NCBI GenBank assembly: GCA_044347345.1
Contig: JBIKUX010000005.1
Coordinates: 47,228 to 111,227 of the forward strand
From: Bdellovibrionota bacterium
GTDB taxonomy: Bacteria; Bdellovibrionota_C; UBA2361; JBIKUX01
Length of the DNA: 64,000 nucleotides
Direction of reading: 5' to 3'
Positions within the stretch are counted from its first letter, which is position 1. Each line of letters begins with the position of its first letter. Shown piece by piece: positions 60,923 to 64,000 of the stretch. The notes beneath the pieces were generated by a model. The model was not told where the DNA came from. It saw only the letters and a program-made list of their open reading frames with translations, and searched no databases. The translations under genes were made by a program, and so were the position numbers.

Positions 60923-61651
60923 TTAAGTAGTCGGGCTAGTGTTATTCGTAGTTATGCTTCGCCAAAGACTCTTAAACGGCCATGCTACGACACTAATTAA
61001 GGCTTGAGCCGCTTTAACCATATAGGTACCACATTGTGAGTAGCTCTTTAGAGAAAACAAATTGTTAACACTGGTTCTAGTGGGGCAAAAAAGGTAATAA
61101 AATAAAGGAGCGCCAATCAGTGCAAGTTGAGGAGCACCAACAAAATAGCTTAACGTGCCAAAAAGTTGCCCCACGCCAAATGCTTTAAAACAATTTAATA
61201 AAGTAGAATCATATCTTTGATTTTCAGATGCATTATAAGATCCTCCAAAAGTCATCGCTAAAGAGATTAGAGCGACTACTGGCACAACCACAGGTGAGAT
61301 GCTAGCACTTGTAGCTGTAAGTAATGAAACAGCAAGCGGTGCTGAATTAATTGCAATAAGGCTAGAGACAGATTTTCCAATAGTAAAGTCGATTACAGTT
61401 TGACCGCACCAATTAAGTAGAGATGTAACTGGCTCTAGTAGCTTTTTAAAGGAAAACAATGATTGTCTTTGATTAGGCTGGCTGTTAGCAGAATTTCCTA
61501 AACTAGGCCCCTGGATGTGAGATGCAGGTTGCGGTTGATTAACACCTCCACCTTCAGAGGGCTTAAAGGAAGTGTTAAGAAGATTGCCATTCGGAGATTG
61601 TTGCCTAGTCGTTTCATCGGTAGTAGCCGTTCTCCCGGTCCGGTTAATCAT
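60923..61651 (-). CDS. Hypothetical membrane protein with disordered N-terminus
   Basis: Q/S/N/P-rich first ~65 aa followed by paired hydrophobic segments. Confidence 0.6.
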   Translation of the reverse strand: MINRTGRTATTDETTRQQSPNGNLLNTSFKPSEGGGVNQPQPASHIQGPSLGNSANSQPNQRQSLFSFKKLLEPVTSLLNWCGQTVIDFTIGKSVSSLIAINSAPLAVSLLTATSASISPVVVPVVALISLAMTFGGSYNASENQRYDSTLLNCFKAFGVGQLFGTLSYFVGAPQLALIGAPLFYYLFCPTRTSVNNLFSLKSYSQCGTYMVKAAQALISVVAWPFKSLWRSITTNNTSPTT

Positions 61652-61732
61652 TATGAGAACCTTTTGGATTATCGGTCATGTTCAAATATTAACTTTTATT
61701 TTTTAGGGACTTAGTAAATAGATAACCTAAAG

Positions 61733-64000
61733 TTAAGCAAAATAACTAAAACTAAGATTTAATAGTGACTTTAACCAAACAAACAACCTAAACCAAGGGG
61801 TTGCCACTTTTATCTCTATTATCTCCTGACCTGATTGTCCTAAACTTAAGACTGCACCCTTAGTAAGGTATGGGCACTTAGGATCAAATAGTTCTCTAAG
61901 AAACTCAGCTAAACCCGATGGTTGAATTTCTTCTGTACTACTAAAAGAAGTTTCTAATACCAGAGGGTTCTCATGATAATCAGGTACAGTAACAATCTGT
62001 ATTAATTCATTATTTTCTGGATCCAACACAAAAAATACTACTCCTGAATCTGGTCTTAAAGGGTCAATAGGGGCTTTCCCCAAGATTATAAACTGTTTGG
62101 ATAAAAAATTTTCAATCTCACCTGAATTAATATTTCCAGCTACAGTTATCTGAGGTAAATCAAGCGGAAGCTCAACACCAAGCCCAAATGTTCCCATCTG
62201 TTCCCTTCTGACTTGTTTTTCTAAATATTCAGGAATAGTAATGGTTGGAGATGATTTTTGCCGGCAAATAACTTTTATTTCACCTGCGGGAAAGTTTACC
62301 TCCCAAGTGGTCACTGCAGCTTTTAGCTCGAATCTAGCCACTTCTTCTGTGACCTTAAGCTTACCCATAAAGAGTTTAGCTAATACTTCTTGGTTATGGC
62401 CAAATGCCGAGTAGGTTATTGTTTGATTTTTTGACCGGTCAGAAATTAGGCCTTGTATTAGTTTCTGAGCTGCACTTAAAAGCGGCTCTTCTCTAAGTTG
62501 AATTATTTTAGTGAGTTTCCACTTAAAAAACTTAATAACATATGGTGGAATAAAAATATTGATGTTTTGCTGTGCCTGGTTTGTAGCACTTGTATAATTT
62601 AAAATTACCATTTGCAGAGCCCCTATAGGCCCTGCAAAACTTATAATATTTTTTTCTGGCGAAATAATACAAGTCGTAAATGACGACATCAATTTATGCT
62701 TGGGTTGAAACTCTTCTTTGCAAAGGCTCTCTAAAAGCTCGGTTTTTGCAGATAAGTCTGGCAGACTCTGTAATTGGTTATCATAAGAGCTGAAATCAGA
62801 GACTGAAAAATCAACAGACTTACCCAAAAAAATTAATAGATCAGTAAATTTAGCAAGCGGTGCTACTAATTTATTAATCCAAACATGTAACTGAGCTACT
62901 ACATGTTTATCCCCTTCTGCTAAAAGTAGTGCAACAAGGCTTATAAGCTTCTGATAAAATACGGAGTAAGTAATTGAAAGGGTTTTTAATTCGTTCAAAT
63001 TATAATTAATCGTGTCTATAAAGCCCAGTGGAGTTAAAGAACTAGGGGGAGCTCGTTTTTGCTCATCGATTACTTTTTCATTTAGTGACTCAAGTAATTG
63101 TGACTTAATATATTGTAAAGTGTTCGGAAATAAATCATTTAAAGAAGCTAGCCCTTTAAAAATTAATAATCTCTCAAAAATACTTCTATAACGCTCCCAA
63201 ATAGAAAATCGTGCAGGATCTTTTGTGTGTCTATCTACAAGTTCTAAAAGCTCAGTCTTAGTAGATTGAACTTGAACCGATTCTTTCCATTCTGTATGAT
63301 CCTCGCCAGCTAAAGAAAACATTCGCTCAATTAACTCTTTATATAGACGAGGTAATGAACTAGCCCCCCCTATCTTCTTTTCAATTTCTTCAGCAAGTAG
63401 AAGATAATAAGGACCTCGCTTTTTCACATAGTCTAAATCTATATCTTCTTTATCTTCTTCTTTTTTAGTAATATATGTAGCAAGGTCGCTCAAACAATTC
63501 TGGAGATTATCTGCAAGTTTAATTAAAGCTGGTATTAATAATATTAAATCCTTAAGCTTATCTTTGAAAACTTCCAAATCACTTGGTTTAGTCATAGCCA
63601 GAATTAACCCAGCCACCAAAAAAGCGGTATCTTTGGGTGTCTCTGACTGCGGATAGTCCTCTTTAGGCCTTTTAGTAACAAGCGTAATAATGGTAATGAG
63701 GGAGTTTAAAAAATCATCAGTTAATGCGCTGTTGCTGCTGTGAGCTTGATTAGCTTGAAAGCTCCTTAGTGTTATTGCTAACCTTTGAGGAGTGCTGCCA
63801 GTATCTTCTAGAAAATCATGGGCGATAGCTGCTAAAAGCACTAAAGATATGACATCATCTGAGTCATCATGTTGATCTAAGTGATAATTGTTTAGAAGCT
63901 CTTTTACTACTTCAACCGCTATAGTAGCGACAGGGACAAGGTGACCATCAAAATAGCTACCTCCGTCTCTTCTTCTTTGACCAGAATGACAAGCTTGTAT
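61733..64000 (-). CDS. Large protein with N-terminal RelA/SpoT-type HD hydrolase domain (5' end outside window)
   Basis: Frame is open to the window edge: IQACHSGQRRRDGGSYFDGHLVPV...AAIAHDFLEDT...ITLVTK...LIKLADNLQN. Confidence 0.8.
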   Translation of the reverse strand: MQACHSGQRRRDGGSYFDGHLVPVATIAVEVVKELLNNYHLDQHDDSDDVISLVLLAAIAHDFLEDTGSTPQRLAITLRSFQANQAHSSNSALTDDFLNSLITIITLVTKRPKEDYPQSETPKDTAFLVAGLILAMTKPSDLEVFKDKLKDLILLIPALIKLADNLQNCLSDLATYITKKEEDKEDIDLDYVKKRGPYYLLLAEEIEKKIGGASSLPRLYKELIERMFSLAGEDHTEWKESVQVQSTKTELLELVDRHTKDPARFSIWERYRSIFERLLIFKGLASLNDLFPNTLQYIKSQLLESLNEKVIDEQKRAPPSSLTPLGFIDTINYNLNELKTLSITYSVFYQKLISLVALLLAEGDKHVVAQLHVWINKLVAPLAKFTDLLIFLGKSVDFSVSDFSSYDNQLQSLPDLSAKTELLESLCKEEFQPKHKLMSSFTTCIISPEKNIISFAGPIGALQMVILNYTSATNQAQQNINIFIPPYVIKFFKWKLTKIIQLREEPLLSAAQKLIQGLISDRSKNQTITYSAFGHNQEVLAKLFMGKLKVTEEVARFELKAAVTTWEVNFPAGEIKVICRQKSSPTITIPEYLEKQVRREQMGTFGLGVELPLDLPQITVAGNINSGEIENFLSKQFIILGKAPIDPLRPDSGVVFFVLDPENNELIQIVTVPDYHENPLVLETSFSSTEEIQPSGLAEFLRELFDPKCPYLTKGAVLSLGQSGQEIIEIKVATPWFRLFVWLKSLLNLSFSYFA

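Overview
Mostly core bacterial chromosome. Gene content (bifunctional Rel with rpoZ, split purS/purQ, sigma54 activator, LolA, MltA) suggests a diderm deltaproteobacterial/Bdellovibrionota-like organism; this is inference only. I saw no rRNA, tRNA, CRISPR array or IS element. Housekeeping blocks are rpoZ-rel-htrA-mutL, purB-purS-purQ, a wcaJ/glycosyltransferase cluster, ftsK-lolA-pstSCAB-cysE-liv, ilvD, mltA, folE, an M16 peptidase pair and two-component genes. Main unusual signals: (1) more than 20 tandem micro-duplications of 13-18 nt across genes and spacers, always 15 or 18 nt inside genes and often 16 nt outside, with a subfamily sharing an AGACTGT core and DnaA-box-like 9-mers; (2) an orphan VirD4/TraG coupling protein with an extra C-terminal domain, converging on a trimeric-type coiled-coil gene broken by two in-frame stops; (3) a >755-aa protein at the right edge with an unannotated RelA/SpoT-type (Mesh1/SAH-like) hydrolase domain; (4) a rewired Liv ABC transporter with a binding protein-permease fusion and an ATPase carrying inserted transmembrane segments; (5) a lone tyrosine recombinase overlapping mltA head-to-head, next to a decayed P-type ATPase.
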